Origin: the human T2T-CHM13v2.0 reference genome, Homo sapiens
Reading direction: 5' to 3' (one strand)
Length of the DNA: 64,000 bases
Assembly (NCBI RefSeq): GCF_009914755.1
Contig: NC_060934.1
The notes below the pieces were generated by a model. It did not search any database and had not been told where the DNA came from. It saw nothing but the letters and a program-made list of their open reading frames with translations. Shown piece by piece: positions 31,000 to 49,269 of this stretch. Within the stretch, counting starts at the first letter, position 1. Each line of letters starts with the position of its first letter. Made by a program: the position numbers and the translations under genes.

Positions 31000-32087
31000 A
31001 TGAGTTAAAATGCTTCCAACTTCATTCATAAGGTTTTTCCCTTTACTCCAAGCTGAGAGTAATGAAAAAGAGTGATTCACCCTTGAGCTCTCTCTGCTCA
31101 CCTCCTCACCAGCACCCGAGTGGCTGTATCTCCACAAGCAACAAGGCAGCAGTGATAGAGGGGCAAGGATGTTCCTATCTGGTGGGGTGGCTTCACCATG
31201 GTGCTACAGGACAGGAGAACTAACTCCTCTTCTTCCCTTGGGCACTGATGTAGATTCTCTAGAGATTCTGATTGCTGGGACCCTCTCTTTTGTAGCTATA
31301 TCTTGACCTAAGCAGATGCTTCTCTACTCTGAGTGGTCACTTGCTACTCCTTCCTCAGGTTCTATGAATCTGGAGTTCACCTCTTTCTTCTCCCTGCTGT
31401 TAGGGGTCCTTTGTTCTTCCAGATAACTCTCCTGGACAGGACCCAAAATGACCCTACACTGGTTTCACCTCTCTCTCTCTCAAGGCCACATATGGTTTAC
31501 GGGAAACAATTACACATCCTTTACCCCAATAACTCTGGAAGTGCAGACTGATCCCAATCAAGCCATTCTATCTTCTCATCACAGCCCCCTTTGGCTTCCT
31601 CAAGCATGAGTCAAGCACCAGTCCTTTGTGTCTTCTAATAGCAGCAAATGCATTCAAGCTCCATTGAAGCCTGCCTTCCTAGCTTTGAGTTGAGGAGGAT
31701 TGCTTCTGCTGCCCTTCTCCCATAAGAACCATGGCAATAGTTCTTTCTAGAGTCTGCTTTGGCAGTTTTTTCTCTTCATTCCCTGACCTTCTTTATTGTC
31801 CTTGATCTGATTCAAAAGCTGAGAGACATTTGTCTAATGTGAAACATTCCCCTTGCAAAATCTGCAAATGGTTTCTAACTCACAGTTAGTTTGGAACTTG
31901 ACGCCTGGTGTACTGGCATCCTGGGAAGAATTTCATTTTAGTATCCTCATACTATATAGGAGGTTTTATTTTACTGGTGAGAATATCAAGACTTTGAGAG
32001 GTTAAGTGACAGTGTTTGGGTGGGGTCCCAGGTGAAAAAAAAATCAGAAAGGGGAACTCTAAAATCACTGTAAAAACTTTGAACAAG

Positions 32088-32398
32088 CCAGGCATGATGG
32101 CTTATGCCTGTAATCCCAGCACTTTGGGAGGCCAAGGAGGAAGGATCACTTGAGGCAAGCAGTTTAAGACCAGCCTAAGCAACATAGTGAGACCTCATCT
32201 CTACAAAAAATTTAAAAATTAGCCAGGCGTGGTGGTGTGTAGCCTGTAGTCTCAGCTACTTGGGAGGCTGAGATGGGATGATCACTTGAGCCTAGGAGTT
32301 TGGGGCTGCAGTGAGCTATGACTGTGCTACTGCATTCCACCCTGGGCAACAGAGGGAGACTCTGTCTCATAAACAAAAAAGCAAAAAACAAAAATGAA
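32088..32398 (+). mobile_element. AluJ-like
   Basis: Full dimer. Confidence 0.88.
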
Positions 32399-34575
32399 AC
32401 CTACCTCTGAACAAACCTCTGGCTCATCCCTGAGAGATACATACATGGGGCAGACTGCAAATAGCCCAGCTAGAGATAATATAACAAAACCAAGATTTGG
32501 GCTGCTAAAAAAAAAAAAAAAGATATAATTTTCTGTTTTAATCCAAACAAGTTAATTGTGTGCAAAAAAAAAAAAAACAAAAAACAAAAAAACAAAACCA
32601 ATAACAACAACAACAAAAAAACTTCAGCATTCTTTAGGGGACTATATCAGAACCCAGAAGATAACATCCACACTGTCCACAATATAATCCAAATTACTTG
32701 GATTATATATATAAAAAAAAAAAACAGGAAAATGTGATTCAGTCTCAAGACAAAAGATGATTGAAACCAATTCCAATATTACCAAAATGTCAGAATTGCC
32801 AAAGATGTTAAAGCAGTTATTATAACTATGCATGATGAAGCAAAGCAAAATATGCTGTAATAAATGAAAAAAGGAAATATCAACAAACAGAAAATTTTGA
32901 TAAAGAAAACAAATTCCCAAATTGAAAAATACAATATCCAAAATTTGAACTTCACTGAAAGTACTTAACAGAAGAACAAAGATGGCAGAAAAAAACTGTG
33001 AACTTGAAGATGTATCAATAAAAAATAGAAAGAAGAAAGATTTTTAAAATTTTACAAAATGGACAGAGTTTAGGGACTTGTGAGTTAATAATGAGAAGTC
33101 TAACATACAAGTAATTGGAGAGGATAGAAAAAGTGGGGTGGAACAAATATTTGAAGATATATTTAGTGGCTCCAAATCTCCCAAATTTGGTGAAACATGC
33201 AGATTGTAGATGCTTAATTTATTTATCCAAGCAGGATAAATGCATCAAAACCACACTTAGGTACATAATAATCAAGCTGTTGAAAACCAAAGATTAAAAG
33301 AAAATGTTGAAAGCAGACAGAAAAGAAACAGCTACATACAGGGGAATAACATTTGGAATGACTAATAATGGTTATTTTCTTAGACACTATTAAAGCCTAC
33401 AGAGCAATTGTAAAGTGAGAAAACAAAACAAAACACAACTTGTCAACCCGGAATTCTATATTCAATGTAAAAACATTTTAAATAAAACAGAAATTCTTTG
33501 CCTACAGTAGGAGAATAGCTAAATAAAGTTTTTTAGGCTAAAGAGAAATAATTTGGGCTGGAAAGCTAGATCTTCAGGAAATAATAAAGAGCAAAGGAAA
33601 TTGTAAATATCTAGGTACATATAAAATACTAGCTTTCCTCTTATTAGCTTAAAATTTATAGCACTGTTTAAAGCAAACATCATGAGTTTGTAATGTATGT
33701 ATAATAGATGCAATACGTATGATACTCAGCATAAAAGATGGGAGGGTGGTAAACAGTTACAAGGTTATTGCGTTTTACATGAAGTTGTGCAATATTAATG
33801 CTAAGTACACTATAATCCTTGCTGAACAAAGGGTCAAAAGATCTTTAGAAATAATGAAAATTAAGCGCAGAAAGAAGTACTGAGATATGGGAAAGAACGA
33901 TGAGCAAAGAAATTGGTAAATTTGAGTAAATCTAAACAAGCATTAATTGCATAAAACAATATGAAGAGTTAACTGCAAAAATATTAGGAGAAAACAACTG
34001 AAATACTTGATAATAATAATAAAAAAGACAGAAGGACACAATTAGAGATAAAGGTTCTACATTTCTTGTACTGTACGGTAGAAATTACAAATTCTAGTCA
34101 ACTGTTGAATGTTCAAATTTGAGATTAATCATTAAAAGAATAAAGATAAAATAGTTAATTATTAGTAGAGGAGAGAATAGAAACTAAAGAAAAGTTAATA
34201 CAATCATTGGAGAGTAGGGAAGGAGAAAAAAGGTATAGAAAAATAAGATAAAGAGAAATTAAAAAAGAAATTGGCAGAAAATACAAATTTATCAGTAGTC
34301 AAAATTAATACTAATAGAATAAATTAGCTATTAAAAGAAATTATTAGGTTGGATTTTTCAAAACTATATACAATTTATAAGAGATATATCTAAGACACAA
34401 CACAGAAATAATGTCAGTGTAGAAATCAGAACGATTTACCAGGTAAATACTAGCCCAAAGAATGTTGATACAGATAAATTAACATTGAACAAAATGGACA
34501 ATATGGCCAAAGCCTTCATATAGAAAAAATACATAAATTCAATAATTAATAAATACAGATTTTTTAAAATTTCCT

Positions 34576-34995
<420 letters not shown>

Positions 34996-35732
34996 TTAAA
35001 AATCAGCAATATAAAAATATTCTAAAAAGCATCTTTGAAAATTTAATAACTTTCTTATTATACAGTTGAAATGAACAAATGAAAAATTCGAGTATTTAAA
35101 TTTAAATACTAATAAAAATACTATATTTCAAAGTTTGTAGGAGCTAAAAATGTAGTTAGTGGGAAATTTGTAGTTTTAACTGCCTATAAAAGAGAAGAAG
35201 AAAGCCTCAAAATCTACGATCTATAGGCATTGGTAGCTGTCAGCCCAATATCCGGCATCATGGTTCTTCTTTACTGATGGAACCATGACATTGTCTCGGG
35301 CGGCAATGTGCATAGCTAAAATACTTCTCTATAGCTCCTTGTAGGTCAAGTGATCATGTGATACAGTTACGGCCAAAGAAACATATGGCAAGGCTTTCTA
35401 TGGAAAGTTTTTGCTTTCCTAAGATAGCTATTACCACTCCTCCCTACTTCTCCCATATTCTCCTTCCATAGAAGCTGGAAGGGGAGCAGCCATCTTGCTA
35501 CTGGATCAGAACTAGGGCAGCAAAAGTCAGGCACTAATGGTGGAGATGTGAGAAGATAAAATGAATCTACATCACACAGATCAGAGAGCTACTGCACTAA
35601 CTCTGGATTCTCTAACTCTATACCTCTTGATATTTTATGAAGCCAATGCAGTTGTTTTTTCTAAACACGGAGCTATATGCTATCCTAATTGATACCCAGA
35701 TCCAACTCAAGAGATTAAAAAAAAAAAAAAAA

Positions 35733-36075
35733 AGCCAGGCACAGTGGCTCACACCTGTAATCCTAACATTTTGAGAGGCTGAGGCAGGAGGATCGCTTAA
35801 GCTCAGAAGTTTGAGGCCAGCCTGGGCAACATAGTGAAACCCCATCTCTACAAAAAATTGTAAAAATTAGCCAGGTGTGGTGGCATGTGCCTGTAGTTCC
35901 AGCTACTCAAGTGGCTGAGGCAGGAGGATCACTTGAGCCCAGGAGGTCAAGGCTGCAGTGAGCCATGATTCTGCCACTACACTCCAGCCTGGGCAACAGA
36001 GTGGACCCTGTCTCATAAACGAACAAAAAAAAAAAAAAAAAAAAGAAAGAAAGAAAGAAAAAAAGAAAAGAAAGA
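35733..36075 (+). mobile_element. AluJ-like with A/GAAA tail
   Basis: Full dimer. Confidence 0.88.
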
Positions 36076-36633
36076 AAGAGTAAACAGAAAGGAATAAGGA
36101 ATAATAAATATAGGGAAATAAATTTATGAACTAGAAAATAAAGATACAATATAGAGGATTAATACATCCTAAAATTGAGTGTCTGAAATAAAAAATAATG
36201 AAACAGACAATTCTGCCAAGAGTCACTAAGAAAAAAGAGAGGAGATATGCAGACAATATCAGACAACATTAAACATTTAAAAAGGAATATAACTACAGAT
36301 ACAATACTTAAAAATAATAAAAGACAATAAATATTATACCAATAATTTGAAGATTTACCAAAAATAAATACTTTAATAGAAAAACATAACATCAAAAGTG
36401 ACCCAGAATATTTAAGAAAATGGGAATACATACATAACAAAATAACAATAGCAATAAAAATAAGCACAGTTTTACATGCCAGTTCTAACAAACATTGAAG
36501 AAATAGATATTCCCAATCTTATGTGAAGTATTCCAGAGAATAGACTAGGGAACACTTCTCATTTTATGAGGATACTGTGATCTTGGTACCAAGATTGAAC
36601 AACAATAGTGTAAGAAAAGAGTATTATAGAGTA

Positions 36634-36831
36634 TAGCCTGGGTAACGTAGCAAGACTCTATCTCTACCAAAAATTTAAAAATTAGTTGGGCAAGGTGGTG
36701 CACTCTTGTAATCCCAGCTACTCAGGAGGCTGAGGTGGGAGGACTGCTTGATTCCAGGAGTTCAAGGTCACAGTGAGTTATGATTGTCACTGCACTCCAG
36801 CCTGGGCAACAGAACAAGAACTTGTCTCAAA

Positions 36832-36863
<32 letters not shown>

Positions 36864-36866
36864 AAA
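36634..36866 (+). mobile_element. 5'-truncated AluJ-like
   Basis: Partial left arm plus right arm. Confidence 0.85.
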
Positions 36867-37207
36867 TTATAGGGCAATCTCGCTTAAAACAGAGGAAAAT
36901 AAATCCTCAATAAAATAATAGCAAATAATGCAGAAATGCAAAAGGAAATATTATGATCCAGTTAGGTTTATTTCAGGAAGTCAAGGATGGTTTACTATTC
37001 AAAAACCAAATTTTACCACATCATCAGATAAAGGAGAAAAGCCATATGAGTGCATGATCATCTCAATAAGTCCATGAAAAGTATTCAAACCCAGTCATAC
37101 ATGATTTTTTTAAATGCCTCTTATTAATTAGAAATAGAAGAAGACATCCTTAATCTGATTTAACATTTGTATCAGATTTTGGTTCAGCTATAACAAAAAA
37201 TCCAAAT

Positions 37208-37867
<660 letters not shown>

Positions 37868-37945
37868 CTAAGATTCTTCCGTCTTATTACTCTGCTGTAT
37901 ATTGTTTCAACCTCACGGTTCAAACAGTAGGATCCATGCTCTAGC

Positions 37946-39903
37946 GGAAGAAGTAAGAAAAGGAAGGAAACTAGGAAAAAAGGAAGGAAAACCGGGAAGG
38001 GAAGGGGAGGGAAACTGGTAAGGGAGGGAAGGGGAAGGAAACCAGGAAGAAAGGGGAGGGGAGGGAAACCGGGAAAAGAGGGGAGGGGAGAGAAACAGGG
38101 AAGGGAGGAGGGAGGGGATAGGAGGGGAGGGGACTGGGACGGGAACCAGGACAGGAAGGGAGAGGAACCGAGACGGGAACCAGGAAGGGAAGGGAAGGGA
38201 ACCGGGACGGGGAAGGGAAGGGAAGGGAAGGGAAGGGAAGAGGGAAGGGAAGGGAAGGGAGGAGGGAAGGGAAGGGAAGGGAAGAGGGAAGGGAAGGGAA
38301 GAGGGAAGGGAAGGGAAGGGAAGAGGGAAGGGAAGGGAAGAGGGAAGAGGGAAGGGAAGAGGGAAGGGAAGGGAAGGGAAGAGGGAAGGGAAGGGAAGGG
38401 AAGAGGGAAGGGAAGGGAAGGGAAGAGGGAAGGGAAGGGAAGGGAAGAGGGAAGGGAAGGGAAGGGAAGAGGGAAGGGAAGGGAAGGGAACAGGGAAGGG
38501 AAGGGAAGGGAAAAGGGAAGGGAAGGGAAGGGAAAAGGGAAGGGAAGGGAAGGGAAAAGGGAAGGGAAGGGAAAAGGGAAGGGAAGGGAAAAGGGAAGGG
38601 AAGGGAAAAGGGAAGGGAAGGGAAAAGGGAAAAGGGAAGGGAAGGGAAGGGAAAAGGGAAGGGAAGGGAAGGGAAAAGGGAAGGGAAGGGAAGGGAAAAG
38701 GGAAGGGAAGGGAAGGGAAAAGGGAAGGGAAGGGAAAAGGGAAGGGAAGGGAAAAGGGAAGGGAAGGGAAAAGGGAAGGGAAGGGAAAAGGGAAGGGAAG
38801 GGAACCGGGACGGGAAAAGGGAAGGGAAGGGAACCGGGACGGGAAAAGGGAAGGGAAGGGAACCGGGACGGGAAAAGGGAAGGGAAGGGAACCGGGACGG
38901 GAAAAGGGAAGGGAAGGGAACCGGGACGGGAAAAGGGAAGGGAAGGGAAGGGAAGGGAAGGGAAGGGAAGGGAAGGGAAGGGAAGGGAAGGGAAGGGAAC
39001 CAGGACAGGAACCGGGACAGGAACCGGGAAGGGAAGGGATGGGAACCGATGGGAACCGGGATGGCAACCAGGAAGGGAAGGGACCGGGACGGGAAGGGAA
39101 GGAAACCGGGACGGCAACAGAGACAGGAACCGGGAAGGGAAAAGAAGGGAAGAGAACCGGGAAGGGAAGGGAACCGGGACAGGAACCGGGAAGGGAAGGG
39201 AAGAGAACAGGGAAGGGAGGGTAGGGGAGGGAAACCGGGAAGGAAGAGGAAGGGGAGGGGAGACCGGGACGGGAACTGGGACGGGAAGGGTAGGGAACCG
39301 GGCGGGAACCGGGACGGGAGGGGAAGGGAATGGGGACGAGAAACGGGACGGGAACCAGGACAGGAACCAGAACGGAAACAGGGAAGGGAAGGGAAGGGAA
39401 CAGGGACAGGAATCGGGAAGGGAACCGGGACAGGAACCGGAAAGGGAAGGGAACCAGGAAAGGAAAGGAAGGGAAGCGGGACGGGAGCCGGGAAGGCAAG
39501 AGAAGGGAACCGGGAAGAGTAAGGAGGAAAACCGGGACGGGAACAGGACGGGAACCGGGAAGGGCAGGGAACCGGGACAGGAACAGGACGGGAACCGGGA
39601 AGGGCAGGGAACCGGGACAGGAACAGGACGGGAACCGGGAAGGGCAGGGAACCGGCACAGGAAGGAAAGGGAACCGGGAAGGGAAAGGAAGGGAACCGGG
39701 ATGGGGAAGGGAGGGGAGGGGAACCTGGAGAGAAGGGGAACCGGGAGGGGAGGGGAGGGGAGAAGGGAAGGGAAGAAGGGAAGGGGAAAGGAAAGGGAAA
39801 AGGGAAAGGGAAGGGAAGAAGGGAAGGGGGAAGGGAAAAGGGGAAGGGAAGGGGAATGGAAAGTAGCAGGAAGGGAAAAAGTGAAGGGAGAAGTAACAGA
39901 GGG
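37946..39903 (+). repeat. ~1.95-kb purine-rich complex tandem repeat with an (AAGGG)n core
   Basis: 38209-38804 is all A/G except one C. 29-mer x5 at 38790-38934 and 40-mer x3 at 39541-39660. Confidence 0.97.
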
Positions 39904-40059
39904 CGCATGTGAACCGTGTCTCAAAGAAGGTTCCTCAGAGCTGCCACAGACCATTCCCATCTGAATCCTACTGACCAGAACGTGGTCATTTGGACACACT
40001 TAGTTACGAAAGAATAAAATTATAAAATGTTTCTGAAAGTATAAAAGAAGACAATAAAT

Positions 40060-40430
40060 TGGCAAATATGTAGGAAAGAGACATCCTCAAAAGTTACTAG
40101 CGGGAGTGTAAATTGGTAAAATCTCTATGCAGGGCAATTTGGCAATATCCTTCAAAATGACTAATGCATACATCCTCTGACTCAGAAATTCCACTTTTAA
40201 GAATTTACATCACAGATTTACTGGCATATGAGTATGTGCAGGATTATTCATCACAGTAAAATATTAGAAATGACCAAAATGTCCATCAATATGGAAAGCT
40301 AAATATATGATGCACATTTTGTGATGTAATGTACTTGTGAAATAAATGAGGAAACTCTATGTGTCAATATAGAACGACTTCCAAGTGTAAAAACAAAATC
40401 AAGGTAGACAAGAGTATAGTGGTATGCTAC
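40060..40430 (+). mobile_element. Old L1ME-type 3' fragment
   Basis: gggagtgtaaattggt...aattccacttttaagaattta pattern. Confidence 0.6.
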
Positions 40431-40527
40431 CTCATGTAACAGCTTTGTTGATTAGGGTTTTTAATAATAACTCTTGATCTCCAACGTACATGCAATACTA
40501 TGCTCCTTTACAATCAAAAAAGATCCA

Positions 40528-40818
<291 letters not shown>

Positions 40819-41170
40819 TCAAAGAAAATATAACAAAATGTCAAAATTTGACAAAGCTGGATGGTGGGTTACACAGTTATTCATTATATATGCAAAGATG
40901 TTTGATAATTTTTTAAAGTGTCATAAATAGAAAATGTTCACAGATGTCAAAAGAATTTCCAACAGAGTAACAAAATACTTTATTAAACAAATTAACATGT
41001 AAGTATGACATAAATATAAGTAGTAGCTTATATTAATAATTTGTTAAAGCACAGCTATCATTCAGCTGTTTGTCAAAGATGCTAACATTTTAAAAATTTT
41101 AATTATTTCACTTTTGTCTATGAAAGAAACATGAAGGCAATTAACGCCAAAAATTATCTCAGAAGTTTCA

Positions 41171-41341
<171 letters not shown>

Positions 41342-41664
41342 TCATAGATATTTTCTTAGAAATAGATGTTAATGCGTCTTTTTTTGTGTAAATCATATCG
41401 TATTTTAAGTATTCTAAGAGGTTGGTGAGGTGAGGAAGCCTCTGAATTAGCTCTTGTGATCTGGAGCTAATGAAGATAATGAGATTATCAAATTCCCTGG
41501 ACTGAGGCATATTGCTCTATGGTTAGTCATCTGATTTCCACTTTTCTGAGATATGATCAATTTATATACCTGCTTTTAATATCTTCCATACTGTTATTGC
41601 CTGTGCTACTGCTGGAAATAATTCTAGATTATGCATAGGCCTATTCAGCAGAAATCCTTTAAGA

Positions 41665-42313
<649 letters not shown>

Positions 42314-42972
42314 CTTTAAGATGATCATACCACCTTCCTATATTTGATTTTCAAGCATTATTCCTGAAAAATGTGAATAGGCCAGGAACAAGTGTTTGTA
42401 AATTCCTTCTACAGATTTCTAAGGATAGGCATCTCAAACAGCATTAAGAAGGCAATTTTCTGGATGCACTCTGTCAATTTGATCAAACTTACCACAACTG
42501 TTTCTAAAATGTCAGCTAAAATAAGAGAACCACAAAAGCCCAAGTAGAATTATCAGACTTCTCAGTGTAGGTGCCAAAGGCAGAATGTCTGTGCTTCTAT
42601 CCCACCTCTTCTGCTGACGAGAGCATACCCCCATGCGGGGCACCCCATGGCAACTCCCCTCTTCTTGCATGCTGGCCAAACCTCAGATTTGTCCCCCACA
42701 GAACTCAGATGAAGTTGACCATATCCACAGTGCCAAGTATAACTCCAAGCTGGGCTAAGCCCATCACAGTTATCCCACTCTGCTTGGCAGTGGATGTCCA
42801 GGGACGGGTGTAGAACCCAGGTCTGAAGAGGGAGACATTAGGAAGGGTCTGTTGGGGGCTAGTAAGAAAGGTTTTTAGACTCCTACAAAGGGGGCACCAG
42901 AGGAGAGGTTTCTTCTTTGTCTCTGGACATTGCCAAGGGTGGAAGTAATGCCAAGAACTGGCACAGTCACTA

Positions 42973-43377
<405 letters not shown>

Positions 43378-44249
43378 TTAGCTCTGAAACCTGTCATACC
43401 TCCAGTCTCCCTGTAATGTCATAGAGTAAGTGCAATTGTTGGCAGTTTCTGTCAACTGTAGCTGAAAGCATCCTGACTGATACTGTAGCTAAGTGACATT
43501 AGATAAATTACTAAACCTTTCTGTGCCTTAGTTTCCTCTTATGGAAAATAATAGTCCCCACTTCATAGACTTACTGTGAGAATTTAGTGTGTTAATACTT
43601 AGAAGTATTTTGAATGAACCTTCATACAACAGTAAGCCCTCAAGAAATGTTACTCATTATTAGTACTGCAGTGGTGGTGGTTTCTACTGTCACTCTGATG
43701 TTTTGAAATGTCATAGTTTTTTCATCATATTTGGAAAAAACTATTAAAGCAGAGCAATATCAACTAAAAAAGGCCATTTAACATGAAAACTCCTTGATAT
43801 TCAAAATAAAGATCTTCAGTTAATCCCACAAAATTTTCAGCTTTCCATATACTAATTACAGTAAACAAGTAAATAAAAATATGCGATATATTCTGAGGTA
43901 GTGGTGAGCCTCATTTCTCATTACATACACTCCATGTAACTTACTCATGTGTCACATATCTACTAGTTAAATGTTCCCCCAAATACATCTGTACCTTAAC
44001 AGTACCCTCAGCCTAGGATTAAGTCTCCCCACAGTTGTACCTATCAAAATCATATGTAACCACTTTCTTTTCTACCTTCTTTTGCCTTCCATTCTCTTCC
44101 CTTCTCAGGGTGAAGGAATCAACATAGTGGTCAATGACATGGGGCCATAAAAAAAACTGGGAGTCAGGCATAGAAGAACAGCAAGCCTGGTGGCTAAGAA
44201 TGTGGGTCAGTTGGGGGAACAGGGGCAGCAGCACAGAGGTGGCAGACAG

Positions 44250-45880
<1,631 letters not shown>

Positions 45881-45889
45881 ACCCAACCC

Positions 45890-47570
45890 GAGAAGTTCTT
45901 TATGACCAGGTGACTGAGGGAAAAAACCTCAAGCCTGATTCACAGATGGGTTCCTCACCAGCTGGTAGTTACCTGCAGTCTCACAGCCACACTCAGAAGT
46001 GACCCTGAATGACACAATCATGAAGGAAAATCCTCTCACTGAATAAACTGAAAGCAGTATATTTGGTTGTCTACTTTTTCTGGATGAAGGATGGCCAGAA
46101 TTATGTATTGACATTAATTTATGGGCAGCTGCTAAACAGTTAACAAGATGGTCAGGAACTTGGAAGGAACAGATTGAGAGATGGATGTCAAGAATGTCTG
46201 GGAAGAGTTCTGTGGATGAGCCTTTGAAAATGGGCACAGACTGTAAAGGTGTTTGTGCGGCATCTGAATGCCCACCCAAGGGAATCCCCTACAGAGAAAG
46301 TAGTTAAATAATTAGGCAAAATGACACACTCTGTGGATATCGTTCAGTTTCCTTTTGCAGCCACCCCTGCTTGCTTGATGGCCCTCGAACAAAATGGCCA
46401 TGGTGTCAGGAGTTCAACAATGTGGTTTTCCCCTTACCAAGGCTGGCCTGGCTACCACAGGTGCTGAGTGTCTAACTAGTCAACAGCAGAGATCAATACT
46501 GAGCTCCCAACGTGGCAGCATGAACCACAGGGAATAGCCAGCCACCTAGCGACAGGTTGATAGCACTGAACTTCTTCCATCATCCTCACCGGAACACACA
46601 TTTATTTTGGATATGGATTTGCATTCCCTGACTATACTGCACTGGCCAGAACCACCGAGCATGAACTTACAGAACATCTTATCCATCATCACGGTATTCT
46701 CACAGCACCACTTCCCATCAAGGAACTCATTTCACAGCAAAAGACAGGCAGCAATGGATTCATGCCCATGGAATTCAGTGATCTTATCATATAACCCATC
46801 ACCCAGAAGTGGCTCGCCTAATAGGTTAAATAGCTTACTGAAGATTCATTTAAGGCCAGGCACAGTGGTTCACGCCTGCAATCCCAGCACTTTGGGAGGC
46901 CGAGGCGGGAAGATCACTTGAGCCCAGGAGTTCAGGAATGGCCTGGGCAACATAGTGAGACCCTGTCTCTACAAAAAAATAAAAATAAAAAAAATAAAAT
47001 TAGCTGGGCATGGTGGCACACACCTGCACTGCCAGCAATATTTGGGAGAAGCAAATCCATGAAAGAATGCAGTTCTGTCTCACAGGATGCAGTATATGCT
47101 TTGAAACAGTATATGGTGCTATCTCTCCTACAGTCATAGGTCCAAGAATGAAGAGGCACCTCTCACTCTTATGCCTCATAACTCACGCCCAAAATTATAG
47201 TTTCCTGTCTCTGCAACTTTAGGATCTGCTGGTTTGGAAGTCTTAGTTCACAAGGGAAGAATGTTTCCAGCAGAAAACATAACAGAAATTCTATTGAATT
47301 AGATGACACTGATGACTGGTCACTTTGTGATCCTTATGCTGCTGAAACAAAGGCAGAAAAGGGAGTCACTCTACTGGCTGAAGTGGATTGATTCTGAATA
47401 CCAAGGGGCAATTGGGTTGCTGGTGAACAACGGAGTCAAGGAGAACTCTGTCTGGAACCCAGAGGATTCTTTGGGGTGCCTCTTAGTGTTTCCGTGCCCA
47501 GTAATAAAGATTAATGGAAAAAAGGCAGCAAAAAAAAAAAAAAAAAAAAAAGGCAGAACTTTTAAAAGTC
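45890..47570 (+). mobile_element. ERVL-class internal remnant (RNase H, integrase, dUTPase-like) with a nested partial Alu (46853-47028)
   Basis: Decayed FTDG, WSGTWK, HHPE and IDSEYQGAIGLL motifs, typical of ERVL pol/dut. Confidence 0.65.
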
Positions 47571-48358
47571 AGGACTTCCAGGAACGAACATTTGGATCTC
47601 GCAGCTAGGTAAGGAACTTTGACCTGTCTGTACCTTTCAGCAAGTTTCGCAGCCACTGGGCAAGCCATCCCTGCAGACCAGCAGTTGTCACACCCTCTGG
47701 CAAGTTTCTCTCCCACCATGTCTTCTCCAAAGAGGTATCATTCCTAATCTCAGCCTTTGAGGGCGGGTCTTCTAACTCCTTAGTTTCTGCCCTGTTTCCT
47801 CTTCCTCAGACCTGGAGGTCATAGCTGCTTTTTGTGTTTGCTATCAGTGTATTGTCTAGAGTCTTCTTTTACCACCTTACTGCCTTTCACTAGTTAAAAA
47901 TCCTTCTTACTATTTAACAGAGAACAGGAAATAGTCCCTGTTGAAATTAGCAGTGAGGTTTCTGCCTCCTGTCTGGACCCTGAGTGCTACATCAATATAG
48001 TAAATATAAACAGCCATGGGAACTAATTCTGTTTCTGTATAGTCTACACTGCTGCACATTTAACAGATCCCAGTGATTCACTTTTCCAGTCTAGAAATGC
48101 AATCCTTTACCCTACCCAGTGCTAAGCGGCTCCTTTTTACTATTCAGCCACATTTTTCATTAAGCATGAACATGTATGTTCTTCTGTTCCTTCCCATTTT
48201 AAGCAAAAGACCTATCATGGGTGGTTTATGGAGTGTGAATAGTTTTTACCAATTTTTTTTCAGGATATGATTTAGAAACTTGAAATTATGTTTTCAGGTA
48301 TTCCTTCTGGTACCATAATATTACAATAATACAATATGATATTTTAAAATCAGGTTCA

Positions 48359-48631
48359 GGCTGGGTGTGGTGGCTCACACCAGCATTTTGGGAGGCTAAG
48401 GTGGGCAGACTGCTTGAGCTTAGGAGTTTGAGACCAGCCTGGGCAACGTGGTGAAGCCCTGTCTCTACAAAAATACAAAAAAAAAAAAAAAAAAAATTAG
48501 CTGGGCCTGGTGGCACACACCGGCGGCTCCACCTAGTCAGGAGGCTGAAGTGAGAGGATCCCTTGAGCTCAGAGGTCAGAGGCTGCAGTGAGCTGTGACC
48601 ATACCACTGCACTCCAGCCTGGGTGACAGAG
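48359..48631 (+). mobile_element. AluJ-like (tail lost)
   Basis: Dimer body. Confidence 0.85.
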
Positions 48632-49269
48632 GGGCAGCCGGAAATGGCAGATTCTTCTTCTAACTCCCTGATGAGGATAAGCCCATGACTCTCCGATTTC
48701 ACCAGTCCTAACTCTTTATGTGACTGACTCAAAAAGTTCCAGCTCATTCAGAATCTAACTGAATGAGGAAGATTTATTCTTCAGTGTCCCTTCAAATTCC
48801 AAATGTCTCTAATTTTAGCTAACAACCCTGCTACCTAGAATGGAAACCCACATCACAACAAATTAGCTAAGTGGTTCCTACACAGTCTTTATTTATAGTC
48901 TCAGCAATTCTATTTCTGAATAATAAGTTGGTGGTTATGCATAAAACAGAATTTGGGGAAGATAATTATGTTTTTTAAAATAAATTACATACAAAATTAA
49001 CGTCCTAATTTATTTTGGAAAACAGACCTATGAATATGTATTAATAAAATGCAATGACTCTTCTCACTGAATCCTAGAATTGTCCATCCTACAAATGCTT
49101 ATTAATAAATCAGTCAATGAAGACAACATTAGGTGTGTTAAACTTTCACTGTGGCATATTTCTCAGGGCTAAATAAGAATATTGCTTCCTTTTACTCCTC
49201 TTCAAAGAACACAGAACTTTGATGTGCCCCATGGCTCATAAACTTCTCTAACTACACTCACTTCCTGGC

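Noticed and set aside
30718-31137. Alu-derived and (TA)n ORFs here and elsewhere ([12 protein letters not shown]-type peptides)
   Set aside because: Standard antisense-Alu or microsatellite translations, not genes.
38790-39660. CRISPR-like array
   Set aside because: The units are head-to-tail with no unique spacers, in a eukaryotic context. This is a minisatellite.
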